Source: Acidimicrobiia bacterium
GTDB lineage: Bacteria > Actinomycetota > Acidimicrobiia > Spongiisociales > ZC4RG35
NCBI GenBank assembly: GCA_041747855.1
Contig: JBGTEJ010000042.1
Location: 321-64,320 of the forward strand
Reading direction: 5' to 3'
Length of the DNA: 64,000 bases
The notes beneath the pieces were generated by a model that made no database searches, had not been told where the DNA came from, and saw nothing but the letters and a program-made list of their open reading frames with translations. The translations under genes and the position numbers were made by a program. The first letter of the stretch is position 1, and every line of letters begins with the position of its first letter. Positions 63,370 to 64,000 of the stretch are shown in pieces.

Positions 63370-64000
63370 GTGGAACCTCTGGTCTCCCTCAACCAAGTAG
63401 GTACCTCACTGGGGGGCCAGTCGGTGCTCAAGGGTCTCGACCTGTTTCTTTCACCTGGCGAAACCATTGGTGTCGCCGGGCCCAACGGATCGGGCAAGAC
63501 CACCCTCCTCCGTCTGCTTGCCACCCTCATCGCACCCGACCGGGGCGAGGGACAGGTTCTTGGGGCAGCATTGGGAACCTCGGCTGTCTACCCGGTGCGC
63601 CCTCTGATCGGAGTGATTGGCCACCAGCCGTCATTGATCTCGGAGCTGACGATCGAAGAGAACCTGAACCATGCGGCCACTCTTGGCGGCATCGAACTGG
63701 CTCGAGTCACGAGAGCTCTTTCAGCAGTTGGTTTAGCGGGGGCATCAGGCCGAAGAGTCAACGCCAGCTCATTCGGGATGAGTCGCAGGACCGAACTGGC
63801 CCTCATCCTCCTCAGACGACCCCGACTCCTGCTGCTCGACGAGCCCTTGTCCGGGTTGGACGGTCAGGCCGCCGGACTGGTGGCTGCCATCGTCGACACC
63901 ATCACGACAACCGGTGGCGGGGTGATGGTGGTCTCCCACGATCCTTCCCATCTCTCCGGTTGTGACCGGGTCATGAGGCTTCCAGACGGTTCTATCGAGG
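63370..64000 (+). CDS. ABC transporter ATP-binding protein, 3' end outside the window
   Basis: The frame is open from GTG 63370 to the window end and is absent from the ORF track. Walker A GVAGPNGSGKTTLL, signature-like SFGMSRRTELA, and Walker B RLLLLDEPLSGLD. Confidence 0.8.
   Translation, partial: MEPLVSLNQVGTSLGGQSVLKGLDLFLSPGETIGVAGPNGSGKTTLLRLLATLIAPDRGEGQVLGAALGTSAVYPVRPLIGVIGHQPSLISELTIEENLNHAATLGGIELARVTRALSAVGLAGASGRRVNASSFGMSRRTELALILLRRPRLLLLDEPLSGLDGQAAGLVAAIVDTITTTGGGVMVVSHDPSHLSGCDRVMRLPDGSIE

Noticed and set aside
1-64000. tRNA, rRNA, tmRNA, CRISPR arrays, IS elements, integrases, prophage or plasmid genes
   Set aside because: Intergenic spaces are all 221 nt or shorter and show no cloverleaf-like or repeat-spacer organisation. 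No translated ORF shows transposase, integrase or Cas motifs.

Overview
This is a high-GC, actinobacterial-type chromosomal segment that is almost entirely coding. I support about 70 CDS. I found no tRNA, rRNA, CRISPR array, transposase, integrase or prophage signature. All calls rest on reading the supplied translations and the DNA by eye (motifs, start/stop geometry, SD sequences, hand-counted third-position GC). No similarity search was run. Most of the window is conserved core genome. (i) 1-11.6 kb: MATE and EamA transporters, nth, a double-length ThyX-like protein, a BagA/BagB-like pair of Get3/ArsA ATPases, a HAD-IB hydrolase and dnaE. (ii) 16.9-38.9 kb, minus strand except ileS: rluD-lspA-dksA-like, ileS, then a complete and very compact division/cell-wall cluster in the order mraZ-rsmH-ftsL-ftsI-murE-mraY-murD-ftsW-murG-murC-murB-ftsQ-ftsZ-pgeF-yggS-sepF-yggT-divIVA. 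This cluster has no murF. (iii) 40.5-45 kb: a MoxR / DUF58 / transglutaminase trio. (iv) 45-49.3 kb: MerR regulator, DUF3040, dinB and a histidine phosphatase. (v) 49.3-53.6 kb: type II FAS genes fabD-fabH-fabG-acpP-fabF. (vi) 53.7-64 kb: ltaE, a third ArsA-type ATPase operon, hydrolases, a nitroreductase, TrmH, a DnaQ-GIY-YIG nuclease and a truncated ABC ATPase. The items most worth a second look are listed here. First, the IleRS reads AVHT at the HIGH position and EMHGS at the KMSKS position. Second, there is a tightly coupled SRPBCC / ArsA-HSP20 / 63-aa / DUF1232 operon just upstream of the FAS-II genes. Third, an accessory insertion between dnaE and rluD encodes a 1108-aa LysM, Cys-rich surface protein coupled to an Ig/Pro-Thr-rich partner, next to a rhomboid protease. 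Fourth, a 15-bp perfect GC-rich inverted repeat covers the rsmH SD and AUG. Fifth, the mraZ promoter carries four TGGG boxes on a 10-bp register. Sixth, an uncharacterised 81-aa / 178-aa / HNH operon emerges once a 250-aa ORF is re-read as two coupled genes. None of these is proven novel from sequence alone.
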